A stretch of 64,000 nt of DNA from the human T2T-CHM13v2.0 reference genome, Homo sapiens. The translations under genes were made by a program, and so were the position numbers. This document shows positions 12,185 to 25,205 of the stretch, piece by piece. Below the pieces are notes generated by a model. The model was not told the origin of the DNA, did not search any database, and was given only the letters and a program-made list of their open reading frames with translations. Location of the stretch: NCBI RefSeq assembly GCF_009914755.1, contig NC_060925.1; one strand, written 5' to 3'. How positions within the stretch are numbered: position 1 is the first letter of the stretch; each line of letters starts with the position of its first letter.

Positions 12185-12425
12185 GATGATTCAGGAAGAG
12201 AAGGAGTCCACGGAGCTCCGCGCGGAGGAGATTGAGACGCGTGTAACCAGTGGCAGCATGGAAGCCCTAAACCTGAAGCAGCTGCGCAAGCGTGGTTCCA
12301 TCCCCACCTCTCTGACGGCCCTGTCCCTGGCCAGCGCGTCCCCACCACTCAGCGGCCGCTCCACACCTAAGCTCACCTCCCGCAGTGCTGCCCAGGACCT
12401 GGACCGAATGGGGGTCATGACCCTG
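12185..12425 (+). CDS. PPFIA4: PPFIA4 coding exon (MIQEE...VMTL)
   Basis: cttccag|G ATG ... CTG|gtgaga; 241 nt. Confidence 0.95.
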
Positions 12426-12872
12426 GTGAGAGGCAGCTGAGGAGCAGGCCTGGCATCACTGGACCCTGCACCGGGGGAGGTTTTAAGGGATGGTAGGACT
12501 CACGTGCTCTCAGCTGGGCCTGCCATCTTCTTCCCATGGTGTGTGCAGACCCCGACATGTCAGGCCACCAGCCTGTCCTTCTGGGTTTGGGAAGGGCCTA
12601 GGTCATATCTTCTTTGCCCTCTCCCTTGGATGAGCCCAGACTGCTTAAGAAACTCACCCACTGCCCTCACCTCTTCCTTTCTTCCAGAGAAATAAGCCCT
12701 GGCTTGTTTTTCTAGGCCAGCTTTTTTTTTTTTTTCTGGCGTGATATTCTCTCCGGGCCTGTGTGAGGCACTGAATCCTATCTTCTCATCCTAAGACCAC
12801 TGGGCTCCCCTGGGGTTGGCTCTAGGGCACCCAGAGGGTGAGTCTGAGCTTACCCATCCCTCTCTCTTGCAG

Positions 12873-12908
12873 CCCAGTGACTTAAGAAAGCATAGGAGGA
12901 AGCTGCTG
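12873..12908 (+). CDS. PPFIA4: PPFIA4 small coding exon (PSDLRKHRRKLL)
   Basis: cttgcag|CCC ... CTG|gtgagt; 36 nt; continues the liprin MTLPSDLRKHRRK motif. Confidence 0.9.
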
Positions 12909-13127
12909 GTGAGTGCTGCCTGATGGCCCAGGTACTAACGGGTTCACTGCTCCCATGCCCTTTCCTTTCAGCTTCCTCCCCCAGGGCCCTTGAGTCTGAG
13001 TCTGAACTCAGAGAGGCACCCAGGGCCTCCCCACTGCATTTCTCCATGCTCCGCCACCTCTTCTGGGCTGGGTAGGCAGGCCCGAGATCTCTCCCTCTAT
13101 CCCCTGACGGCTCCACTGTCTGTTCAG

Positions 13128-13261
13128 TCGCCAGTGTCTCGGGAAGAGAACCGAGAGGATAAAGCCACCATAAAATGTGAGACTTCTCCTCCTTCCTCAC
13201 CCAGGACGCTGCGGCTAGAGAAGCTTGGCCACCCAGCCCTGAGCCAGGAAGAAGGCAAGAG
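13128..13261 (+). CDS. PPFIA4: PPFIA4 coding exon (SPVSR...EEGK)
   Basis: tgttcag|TCG ... AG|gtaagt; 134 nt; DKATIKCETSPP motif. Confidence 0.92.
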
Positions 13262-13536
13262 GTAAGTAGAGCAGACCCCACCTCCAGTCTCTCCATCCAC
13301 AGGGTCCTCTCCTCCCTTCCTCTGCCTCTGCAGGGACCGCATCTCCCCTGTCCCAGTTTCTGAATGTCTTACTTCTCTTTGAAACACCATCAGGGAAGGG
13401 AGTTCATGTGTCTCCTTTTCCCCCATCCCAGTTCTGACTTAATAGAAGTTCTTCCTGAGGTCTAACTTCCATCTTTCCTGCTGTCACTTAAGTATGTTTC
13501 TTCTTATTCCGCCCCCTTCTGGCTGTCACCCTGTAG

Positions 13537-13703
13537 TGCCTTGGAGGATCAGGGCAGCAACCCCAGCAGCAGCAACAGCAGCCAGGACTCCCTGCACAAG
13601 GGCGCCAAGCGCAAGGGCATCAAGTCGTCCATTGGCCGCCTGTTTGGGAAGAAGGAGAAGGGCAGGCTGATCCAGCTGAGTCGGGATGGAGCCACAGGCC
13701 ATG
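13537..13703 (+). CDS. PPFIA4: PPFIA4 coding exon (ALEDQ...ATGH)
   Basis: cctgtag|T GCC ... CAT G|gtctct (weak donor, required by phase); KGIKSSIGRLFGKKEK motif. Confidence 0.85.
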
Positions 13704-14344
13704 GTCTCTGTCCCCTTCCTAACGGAGGTCTGGGCGGGCATTGGGGCATCAGAAGCAGGAAGGTGTACTTGGACTGGCCTTCTCTGCCTGCGTCCCAGGG
13801 ACCAGTTGGGGGAAGCCCCAGGCAGGTGACCTCAGATCTGCAGAAGCAGTTTTTGGTTAGAGCTATTCATGGCGGGGTGGATTGCCTTGTGAGGGGGTAA
13901 GCTTCTGCCTCTGCAAGCGTCAGGAAGTGGCTGGATGGCTTTATTTGGCATGCTGTGGAAAGGTCTCCTGTATTGAGTGAAAGATTGGGTGTCTGGGGTT
14001 TCTTTGAATTTGGAGATTTTCTGAGGTACTGTGCTCGGGACCTTCAGGAGAAATCTCTTGGTTGTTTCTTTAGAAGAGTCAGTTCTTGATTGGAACTTAT
14101 TTCTGGGTACATCTGGCCTCTGGGACTCAAAATGTGATAACACCTAATTATAGCTTTGTAGACATTAAATTCAAGGAAGAGCTTAGGCAAGCGTGGCATC
14201 GTTATCACCTCTGTGATAGTATAAATGTCTAGTACATGCTTGGCATGTGGTGAGTACACGTTAAATGTTAGCTTTCATCTGCCCCCTCTCTTCTATTTCT
14301 TCTTTTCTCTTTTCCTTCCTGTTCCTCCACCTTTTCTTTCTGTC

Positions 14345-14830
14345 ATCTATTCAGCCATTTGTTCCACAAACATTTATTGAGTAACTACTGTATGTCTTAG
14401 TAACAGGTGCTGACCAACAGTTCACTCCTTCAAGGAGTTCAGTGTCTAATGAAAAGGAAGAAGAGACAATTCCAGAACAACCTATTGATAGAGATGTGCC
14501 CAGGGTGCTTGTGGGACTCAGAACTCGGCTATGGAATGGTGGGGACAACAGGGGCGGCCTCCTTTGGTAGCGACACCTGAGCTAAAGTGTGAGGGCCACA
14601 TAGGAATTAGCCGAGCCAGGGAGACATCTGTGTGTGGAGGAAGGGGTTGGTCTGGGAAAGGCAAAAGTTTGTGGGTGTGAGAGGTTGGTATGTACTTATG
14701 CATATTCTGAGTTGAGAAGGAGGAGGGTGGGCGGAGTGGGGAGATGGGACTGGACAGCTAGGCTGGGGCCAGCTGTGAGGGCCTTGCAGCATCTGTTTTA
14801 GTTTAAGAGTTCCCCTGAGGCAGTGGGAGC
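14345..14830 (-). mobile_element. L2 LINE 3' fragment
   Basis: cattt...aaacatttattgag start; acacctgagctaaag; gagggccttg. Confidence 0.55.
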
Positions 14831-15930
14831 ATTGATGAATTTCGTGCAGGGGAGGAACTCATCAACTAGAATAAAGGAACCTTTGGACCCAAATGCATAA
14901 TTAGACCTTTCTGCAGCTCAGGAAGATGTGAATCAGAAGACAGCTAGCTGGCTGAGGAGGAGGAGGAGGGAGAGCACGCGAGGAGGAGGTTGGGGAAAGA
15001 GGAAGGAGAAAGAGGAATTTGCTGAGACAGGGAGAGGTCTGTGTGTGAAGGAAAGGGGTGGTCTGGGAACGGGGAGGAGGAACATGGCCACCTCTGCTCA
15101 GAATATGGGAGTGTCAGCCCAGAGAATGAGGTCCAGCTCCTTCTTCCCCAGTCCACAGGGGTGAGGGGAGTTGTGGAGCTGGCCACAGACAGGGGAAGCT
15201 GAACGGTTTGATCAGGGGAAGAAGCATTTTGGGTGAAGCCTTATGATTTTCGATGCTCTCCACACACGTTGGCACCTAAACCTGAGACAGCACCTCAGAT
15301 TGGTTTCTGGATTACCCAAACTTGTTGCCTACTGTGCACTGTGGGGGGGTGACCGGGACTTAAAAGAATTCTAAGATTCTGCCTCTGGCCACGAATTCTG
15401 AAGGGTTCTAGCATCAATTCAAGGAGATGTTTAGTAGAAGACAGAACTCTGCATGTTCCCCTTTGTGGTTTTGTGCAAGTGAATGCACCCAGAGAAGGAG
15501 GCTCAGAGACACAGCTCTCAGTGTGTGGATTTCCACACCCCTGACCCAAGCCAGGGTCATCCTTCTCTCTGAGCCTTGTAGCCCACTTGTGTTTGGGGCT
15601 CTGGGTTTCCTTTGCACCTTGGCTTGGAGGAAGGACAGGTTCTGTCTAGGATTCTAGGGTCGATAACTTGGGTCCATCTGGCTGGAAAACACCCCCAAGG
15701 CTGAGGCTCCTGGGGAGACTCTCTGAACTGGGGATGACCCGCTTGATGCCATTCTCTGAGACTGCTTGGATGCAGGGACACTGAGCAGAAGCTCCAGGAA
15801 TAATGGTCCCGTCAGGCCATGGGTTGTCCTCTGCCAAGGAGCCTCCTGCTGCTTCTGTTCCCCACCCCTGATCCAGGCAAGGGAGGAGAGGCAGAGGGGC
15901 TGGCTGACACACACATCTCTTTCCTTGTAG

Positions 15931-16024
15931 TTCTGCTAACAGACTCCGAATTCAGTATGCAGGAGCCTATGGTGCCTGCCAAGCTGGGGACCCAGGCAGA
16001 GAAGGACCGGCGGCTAAAGAAGAA
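15931..16024 (+). CDS. PPFIA4: PPFIA4 coding exon (VLLTD...RLKK)
   Basis: ccttgtag|TT CTG ... AA|gtaaga; 94 nt; KLGTQAEKDRRLKKK motif. Confidence 0.92.
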
Positions 16025-16522
16025 GTAAGAGCCACAGGCCAGGGTCTGCCAGGGTGGGGCCCAGCCCCCTACCCACTTCCCTTCCCCTGGGCTGCTGTGA
16101 AACTGAGCTCAGAGACCCAGACCCCAGCAAGGCCCTTCCTGAACTGAGTTGGTCTGGTCCATGTGGGCACAGCAGGGCTGGGAGGAGGTTCTTAGGATGA
16201 GCCTAGGGAGAAGGAGGCAAGGGGGTTATGGGACAGTGACCTGGGTCCTCTGGGTCTCTGGCAGGGCAGATTGAAATCTCTAAGTCAATGTCAGGTCACA
16301 TGCAAACAGAGAGCTCCTCGCCCTCTTGGGGTGGTCAGGTGTTCCTGCCCCATTTCTTGTTGTATTTCTTCAGAGGAAGAAGGAAGAGCAGAGCAGAGGA
16401 AGTCCAGGGTGGGGAGCAAGGGTTGTGGGTCTCCAGCTCTTGCACAGCCCAGTGGTCCCTGGAGCAAGAACAGTTAAGGGAGAAGGAAGAACTAGTGAGT
16501 CTGTTGTTCCTCTTCCTATAAG

Positions 16523-16604
16523 ACACCAGCTGCTTGAAGATGCCCGCAGGAAAGGAATGCCCTTTGCCCAGTGGGATGGTCCTACTGTGGTCTCCTGGTT
16601 GGAG
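16523..16604 (+). CDS. PPFIA4: PPFIA4 coding exon, start of SAM1 (HQLLE...SWLE)
   Basis: cctataag|A CAC ... GAG|gtaagc; 82 nt; [15 protein letters not shown]. Confidence 0.95.
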
Positions 16605-16969
16605 GTAAGCCTGAGCAAAGGGAGTCCACTCAGGGGTCTGGAGGGAAGGATGCTTGGGGTGGGCAGAGGGGTGGTGTCCTAGAACTTTTACAGTGTGTTT
16701 CTCCCCTGCCAAGTGGAAGTGTGCCATACCTAGCATTTAGCCCCCCTCCCCCTCCCCAACACACACACATACCAGTCGCAGGAGAGAGTTGATGCTACTT
16801 TTAATCTGTAAAATGGGAGAGTGAGGGGTTTGATGACCGCCACATTCCTATGATCTGTATTTGCTATTCGAGTCCGTGGATGAGGCCTGGCCCTTGCCCC
16901 TTGCTGTTGCCAAACTCTTGGTGGTAGGGCCCAGGCCTTGAATTACCTCCCTGTGCCCGGTGTCTGCAG

Positions 16970-17170
16970 CTCTGGGTGGGGATGCCTGCCTGGTATGTGG
17001 CAGCCTGCCGGGCCAACGTCAAGAGTGGTGCCATCATGTCCGCTCTGTCGGACACAGAGATCCAGCGGGAGATCGGCATCAGCAATGCCCTGCACCGGCT
17101 CAAGCTCCGCCTGGCCATTCAGGAGATGGTGTCATTGACCAGCCCCTCTGCCCCACCCACCTCCAGGACT
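16970..17170 (+). CDS. PPFIA4: PPFIA4 coding exon, SAM1 (LWVGM...TSRT)
   Basis: tctgcag|CTC ... ACT|gtgagt; 201 nt. Confidence 0.96.
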
Positions 17171-17722
17171 GTGAGTGGCCCCTCCTTTGCCCAGGACATT
17201 TTCAGAGGTCCTGGAACATAGTTTGCAAGGTCTCCTGTTGGGCTTTGGGAAGATGGCAGCATTGAGCCCTGCCCCTTCCTTCCCATCCTCACAAAGGGCT
17301 CTCCCTGGTCTTCAGGAGGATATGATGTTGATTCTAGGAGGATACCAGCAGCCTTGGTTCCCTGCCTTTCACATACCACCCATGGGGCTCCATCTCCCCA
17401 TCCCTACTCTGCCAAAATTTCCACGTCTCTGGGCAGTTTCCAGGATGGGCTTTCTGGGGTTTTATATGGTTGTCAGGTTGGGGGAAACAAAGGGAAGAGG
17501 GCATTTGTGAATATTGTCTTGGTCCTCTAACACAAGAATGCGGACTGCTCTGTGGGCCCCTGGGGTGGAGTCTTTCATTGTCGGCCATCTCCATGATTGA
17601 GACCAGCCCCCATTTCAGAGGACTCAGGGAGGGAGCTTTGTCCTTGTCCTTTGGGCTCCCAGCCTGATGGGGATCCTGGGGACCCACACCCAGGACCAGC
17701 TAGGTTTCCTCTCTGCCTGCAG

Positions 17723-17785
17723 TCTTCTGGGAATGTCTGGGTCACCCATGAAGAGATGGAAACTCTGGAAACATCTACTAAAACA
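17723..17785 (+). CDS. PPFIA4: PPFIA4 coding exon, SAM1-SAM2 insert (SSGNV...STKT)
   Basis: cctgcag|TCT ... ACA|gtgagt; 63 nt; GNVWVTHEEME motif. Confidence 0.93.
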
Positions 17786-18404
17786 GTGAGTCTGGCCCTT
17801 GGCCTTTGTCCCTGGGCCTGGGGTTGGGACTGATACTCCCATGAGGATGAGGGGAAGGCTGTGGGCAGTCAGAGTGGGCTGCCATCGATCTCACGTGAGG
17901 TTGGTATCCCTGAGGTGTGATCTGCTGTCACGGTGGAGGGTTGTCGGGAGAGGGGTGAGGCTGGGAGCGGAGCAGTTTGTATGTGTGTGATCCTTCCCAG
18001 GAGGTCACAAGCTTGCCCTGGGCCACTGGTGTGCTACAGCGGAGGAGAGTTGGGCTGGGGAGGGCTTTGCCCTGCTATGGACCTGAGCCACAGAGTCTCT
18101 GCCCTTGTGCTTCCTCCCTGGTGGAGGAATGGGGAGTGTTGGGAGAGCTGGGCATCTTGCCTGGCTCCCAGTCAAGCCTGGGAGGTGTGTGTTTTTGCCA
18201 CACACACATTTGCCCCACCTCAACGCAAACATGGGTGCACACACCAACCTTGTGTTCTCTCTTAACCATCCTGACGAGCTTTCCCCAGTCACCCAGCCAG
18301 ATACTGGGATGTCTTTTTCCTCTCCTTGATGGGGCCTAGGGTAGAGCTGATGGGTTTCTTGACTTTGCCTGTTTCCCCTAACACGCTGCACTCGTTCCTG
18401 CTAG

Positions 18405-18431
18405 GACAGTGAGGAGGGCAGCTGGGCTCAG
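18405..18431 (+). CDS. PPFIA4: PPFIA4 27-nt microexon (DSEEGSWAQ)
   Basis: ccctaac branch, ttcctgctag|GAC AGT GAG GAG GGC AGC TGG GCT CAG|gtaaga; phase 0/0; EEGSWAQ recalled as a liprin-alpha motif. Confidence 0.88.
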
Positions 18432-18948
18432 GTAAGACTCCCTACCCTGTCTAGAACCAGCTCCCAAAACTTCAGGACAGTGTTCTTCTGGTAGGTTCTC
18501 TCCGCAGCAGGAATCTCTGAGTCCTTCATATGAAAAGCCCTGGACATAGGTTCTCTGCTCCCATCAGAGTGCCCCCCGCCCCCACCCAGTTCCCTCAAAC
18601 TGCTTGTTCTGGTTTCTCAGGGTGGCAGGTGAGGAGCCCTGGAGGACTGTGGCCCCTGCATTCCTGGCCCTTCTCCTCAGTCTCATTCTTTTCCTGGGAA
18701 TAATCAGACCTAGATTAGTATGAGTCTTCTTCCTCTCCCTGTCCCTCTCAGGGGCACCCTGGTGAACTGAGCGAAGGTCTTTCATCCATTTCATGAGCAA
18801 ACGTTTATTGAGCAAATATAAGGATTAGGCCTTTCCTGGCTCTCTGGATATAGAAGTAAAGAAAGCAAGCCCTCATGGAGGCAGTAAACAAATAAAGGAA
18901 TAATATCAGTAAACAAACCATGTCAATAGGGATAAAAAAGACAGTCTC

Positions 18949-19504
<556 letters not shown>

Positions 19505-20580
19505 TCAAAACCAAACAAAATTAATAATATGTTGTTTAGGGAAATATACATGGATGATTGTAAAAAGTGTAAAACAGTTTTTTACAACCAAAGGAATAGT
19601 CAGAAAACTCAGCATAGTGGTTCCCTTTTAGAGGGGCAGTAGGAGATGTGTGCTGACAGCGAGCATCAGTGTGCAAACAGTACAGTGTGGGTAATGCTCT
19701 GCTGCTTAGCTTGGTTGGTGTCCACTGTTGCTAACTTCATTTATATGCTTCATAATGGGCACATTACATATAGTCTTATATGTATCAGCTATTACATTGT
19801 AAAAGAGAACAAAATAGACTTTTTCTATCTGAAAACATCAAGTAAGGGTAAGGAAAGAGTGAGGTAGGGTCGCTATGAAAACTAAAGCTTTCTCAAGTTG
19901 GGTGGTCACGGAGCACCCTGCCCAGGTCAGGAGGCCACGTCCACATGGCACAGGCCCTGCAGGACCACACGGCAGGGTGTGCGTGGGAAAGCAACAGAGG
20001 ACCTGGAGTGTTCTTGGAGCAGAGGCTCAGGCCTTAGAGAATGAGTGCTGCTGGCTATTCAGGCACAGGCCACCACCCTTTATTTTTTTCAGTCTTCTGC
20101 CAACATTTAACTTCCTTGCTTCCTCCATGAAGCCAGCCTTGTCCCGGAGTGAGACAGGCTTCCTTTGCCACGCTGCAGGTCCTCTGTAACACAGCCTCTC
20201 CCCTGGGCTCAGCGGGCTTGAGGCTCACTGAGAGTCAGGAAGGCACGTCTGCTGCACAATACCGCAAATGCAACCCAGAGTCAACAGGAAGGATTTCATA
20301 TTAGCTGCTGCCGGGATAGCTACTTCTGTTCATTAGTGTAGATAATTGATATGTGAGTGGAACCGTATCATTTCGAGATCTTAAAAAGTTCCATTTAAAA
20401 TCCTCACCTCCCACCACTACCAGCCCCCTTATTGAAGATAAACTGAAATTGTATTGGACTGCCCTTCCTCCCTCATGGGTGGAGGATGGATTCATGTGTC
20501 TCCCGACCAGCTATACCAGCCTCAGCCTGCTGGCTCTACCTTCCTCCCCCATAATAGCCTCCTGCATCTCATTTCCCTAG

Positions 20581-20756
20581 ACCCTGGCCTATGGGGACAT
20601 GAACCATGAGTGGATTGGGAATGAATGGCTACCCAGCCTGGGGCTCCCGCAGTACCGCAGCTACTTCATGGAGTGCCTGGTGGACGCCCGCATGCTGGAC
20701 CACCTCACCAAGAAGGACCTGCGGGTCCACCTGAAGATGGTGGACAGCTTCCATCG
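20581..20756 (+). CDS. PPFIA4: PPFIA4 coding exon, SAM2 (TLAYG...SFH)
   Basis: tccctag|ACC ... CG|gtgagc; 176 nt; [23 protein letters not shown]. Confidence 0.96.
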
Positions 20757-23519
20757 GTGAGCGCGGCTGGGACCCAGGGCCACCTCCCTCGTGGGGGCCT
20801 CCCCTAGCTCTGAGGGTCTGCCTCCAGGAACAGAGGTGCCTCCATCTCTTTCCGTGGTCTGTTCTGAGTGGCAACAGGTCTCCCCCTTGGGAAAGTCTCC
20901 CTTGTCAAATCCTTGTCACATCCTGTAATTTGAGGATTCGATCCTCAGATTGACCAGGTTTCTGTCCTTATAATGACTAGGTCATTGTGTCTAGTCCTAA
21001 AGACACAAAAAGTCATTTTTCTTTAGCTTCACCTCCTTTGAGATTTTTCCCCAGGTCTGAATTTTATTGCTTGTCTTTGGGCTTGCTGAATTTGCTGTGT
21101 TTACCTGACAAGACTCAAACTGAACCTGGTGTTCAATTTAGGTGTCTCATTCCAAGTTGAGAGGGAAGGTCTTCCTGGGCCATTGCCATGCCGACATCCC
21201 AGATCGGAACCTCTCCGCTTTGGGCTCACATCCCTTTTTATAGGATATCATCCAGTCCTCTCCTCCTCTTTGCTGAAAAGATCTTCTGTTCAAAAGTGTC
21301 TGCGGCGCAGGTCCCAAACTGGCAGCCTGTGGGCAGAATTTGGCCCACAGACTTGTTTTTGTTTGGCCCACATAAATCTTCACCACTCAAATTGAGCTGC
21401 CAGTATTTAAACAGTAGATTTTATATACAATTCTGGATTTCTGGCTTCTTTTGAAAACTTGAAAGCTCTGTCAACACATTCTAGCATGGAAGCAACCAGC
21501 TGGAGCTGAAGAGTGGAGTCCACTCAGGATGGGTGGGCCTGCTCCAGGGCCTCCCAGCCCCCCAGCCTGCTTCTCTCACTTGTGTTACCTGCCTGTTCCC
21601 AGCAGGCATTTGTGCTGGAGAATGCAGTAGGTGGCCACGGTTCTAGGATTTGGCAGTTTTTAGGAAGTCCTTCTTAACATCCAGCTTCAAGTCGTGTGGG
21701 TGGCTCTTTGAGCCAAGTCTTTTGTCTTGACTGGATAATAAGACCAGGAGTAGGGGTCTTCGAGGTTCTCTCAGGGCTCTGTGGATGTCCTGTGGTCTCT
21801 CCAACTCAGAAATCTTATAGAAAGTTAAATCTGGAAGGGATCTTGTTAGTGTCCCCATTTTATGGATGAGAACATTAAGGCATGGGGAGGAGCAGTAGCC
21901 CAAGGTCACTCAGGGATGATAGCAGAGTACAGGGGAACCCAGGTACGCTGACTCAAGTCCAGTGCTCTTGGCACTGCACAGAGCCTCCTGGCTTAGAACC
22001 CTTGGCCTATGTGACCCCAGCATGAGGGCTGACTTGTGAGGGAAGACCGCATCCTCCCCTCTGCACCCGCCCCCACCCAAATCAGCTAGGGCTGAAAAGG
22101 AATCGTTTTTCTCTGCCCGGAGGCTGCCAGGCCCAGCTGCACCTGTCCCCTACTCAGTGATTGATAGGGCTGGGGAGAGATGAGCTGTTGCCCCACCAAG
22201 CCGGGATGTGCCTGGGCTGCTAGAGGATCTGTCAGCCTGGCCCCAGCCAGGACTATGGAAATCCTCCCCGCAACCCCTCTGCCCCATCCCCAGGAGAGAA
22301 TTGTGACCTGAACATGGGGTTCTAGGTTCAGCTCTGAATCTTGAGTACTTCAGAGTTTCTAAAGCATTTTCACATCTCACCGCCAAACTATGTGTCTACC
22401 TGCTTTTATTCCACGTAACATTTCACAAGCATGTTCTTACGTCTTTAAAATTTCTTTTAAATCATGATTTTTATGACAAGAAAGGGATATTTTAAAACCT
22501 TATTTTACAGATAAGGAAAACAAGTTCAATAGAGGTTGATTTCCATCAGGTCACCCAGCCAGGTGATTACAGAATGGGGCTCAAATCCTTGTCTCTTGAC
22601 ACCCTACTCAGAGCTCTTTTCCTTGGGACATGGTGCTCTATTGAGCAGGTCTTCTAGAAGAGCTCCTGTTTTGGTAGGACAAGCATGCATGATAGTCATA
22701 AATGTCACCCTAATAGTGCTGCCACTACTGAGTGCCTGTAATGTTCCCAAGGGCTGGCTAAGCCCTTGTATTTATTGTCACCTGCAAGAGAGGTGTGACC
22801 CCATCTCACATTTGCTGGGTGCCTCTCAGCTAGGAAAGGGCAGAGCTTAAGGGCTTTGTATTTTTGCCATGGTATGCAGCAGCTTTGAAAGGAACTGGAC
22901 TGAAAATTATAGTGAGTGAGATTGAAATTAGACAGAAGGCATTTCCAGTCATGAGCTGTGTGTGCGCATGCCCCTTCACAGTGGACCAAAGCTTAAACCA
23001 GCGGCTTGAGCAACATAAGGGTGGCTTGGGCCAGAAAAGGGTTCCTGGAAGTGGCATCTCTGAGCTCTGTTCTAGGCAGAAGAGCCTCCTGCTGAGAAGT
23101 GAGGGGAGAAAAGGAGGGAGCAGTCTGCACAATTTAATCTCACAAAGCAGTGCCCTCAATAAGAGTCAAAAGCAGGTAGAGTTGGGAGGGACTTTCCATT
23201 CTAATTCTCTAAAGATGGGAAAACTCAGAGAAGCTGAATGACAAAGTAGCATTCAAGGAAGGAAGAACACTACAGCTCTTCCAAGATGGAATGAGCTGCC
23301 TTGAGAAGTAATGAGTTCGCTGCCCCTGGAGGCATTCAGGCACAGGCTCAGTGACTACTCTGAAGGAAGCTGTAGGGGTGACTCCTGCCTTAGGTGGGAG
23401 CGTGGACTGATGGCCTCCAGGGTTCCTTCTGACCCACAGAATCTGTGGTTCTATGCCTGGCTTAGTTACTGAATGCTTGCTCTGCACCTGATACTGTTTA
23501 AGTACTTTTAGTAATTTAT

Positions 23520-24080
23520 GCGAATTAATTATTTCCTTTAATTCATCAAGCATTTGTAGAGTCCCTGCTCTGTGCTAGGGGTTTAGGATCAGTGAACAAA
23601 ACAAAGATCCCTGCCCTCATGGAGCTTATGAATTCTAACTGGAAGAGACAGTCAAGGAATAATAAATATATGGTATGTTAATAGACAAAACATGCTAGGA
23701 AAAAATTAGACCAGGGTGAGAGGGATTGGGAGTATGGGCTAGGGGTGGTGATGGTGATAATTGCAATTTTAAATCGGATGAACAACGTGACTAGTGAGTT
23801 GGACTGAGAAGGTGACATTTAAGCAAAGACTTAATGGAGGCAAAAGGAGTAAGCTACACAGCCAACTGGGGGAGGAGTGTTCCAGGCAGAGGCAGCCACC
23901 AGTGCAAAGGCCCTGAGGCCTGCAGGCCCAGTGAGCCTGCTGTGTTTGAGGAGCAGCAGGGGTGTCAGTGTGGCTGCAGCAGAGAGAGCAAGAGGGAGAG
24001 TGGCTGAAGTGGGTGTTAAATGGGTAGTGGAGCAGATCATGGAGTATCTTATAGGCCATTGTAAGGACTCCGAGTGAAGT
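23520..24080 (-). mobile_element. L2 LINE fragment
   Basis: ccctgccctcatggagctta; gagaaggtgacatttaagcaaagac; gtgcaaaggccctgagg; ataggccattgtaaggact. Confidence 0.75.
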
Positions 24081-24447
24081 AGGGATACAAAGGGGTATCT
24101 TGTTTTTGCTTTTCCTTCCACTTGCAGGTGGTAGGGGTCTTTGTCGTTCCAGTGCCTGGAGAGAGAGGGACATGTTGGATTCATTCAAAGAACTTTTTTT
24201 CCCATCAATCCATCCCCAGGCCCGCTCCCTGACTGAGAGGGAGGATATGGGTTAGACAGAGAAAGGGAGTAACCTCGGGATGGGTCGCAGGCAAGGCCCT
24301 GGGGAAGGAGGAGCATGAGGAGGCTGGGGTGCTCTTTGTGCTGGAGGCAGTAGGTCTGGACATGCTGTGGCTGATGCTGGATGTGAGACAGGTGGTGTGG
24401 GAATGTGGCCCCACTGAGGCTCTGGCTTGGGGGCTGTGTGCCTGCAG

Positions 24448-24545
24448 AACCAGTCTTCAGTATGGCATCATGTGTCTGAAGAGGCTGAATTATGACCGGA
24501 AGGAGCTGGAGAAGAGGCGAGAGGAGAGCCAGCATGAGATCAAGG
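24448..24545 (+). CDS. PPFIA4: PPFIA4 coding exon (TSLQY...HEIK)
   Basis: cctgcag|A ACC ... G|gtaagc; 98 nt. Confidence 0.95.
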
Positions 24546-25205
24546 GTAAGCTCGTCAGGCTTGGAGAGGGTTCGGGAGCAGCCTGCTTGGCTGGTCCCTG
24601 CCTTGGGCCAAGTGGAGGGGAGGCATTCTGTGTCTCAGGGAATCTTCCAGTCTGAAAAGGAAGATGCAGCCTCACCTTAGGGAGCTCCCAGTCTGATGGA
24701 GGAGACATAGTCCATGCCAAGTTGTCTATAATTCCCCTCCCTCAACCCCACATACCAGATAGCAGCCACCAACTGGACAAATGCAGTGAATCCTCTGGGA
24801 CGGTGTTATAGACTGGTGTGCCTGTGGAACTTGTTGATCTGGATGGGGCTGGATGGGAGATGCAAGTCTTAGAGGAGACCTTGAAGGTGGAAAGAATAAG
24901 AAGGCCATTCCAGCTTGGGTCAGGGGGATGACCCGTGCAAGGGTTCTGGGGAGAAAGCTTGGAGCCTGTTGGCCTGACCCCGGGTCCTGTAAACTGGCAG
25001 GGATGGAGTGAGTGGGGGGTTGGTTCCCCAGGCACCCAGGTGCCAGGGAGGAGAGAAAGAAGATATGGAAATTTAGGGATGGAGTGGGGGTCAGAGAGCA
25101 GGGTGGACTGCGGCTCTGGGTTTAGGGAGCTCTGCTTCTGTCCTTGGAGGGCCCTTGATGAAACGTAGTATCTCCTTCCGTCCCTTTTCTTCCCCCACAC
25201 TCCAG

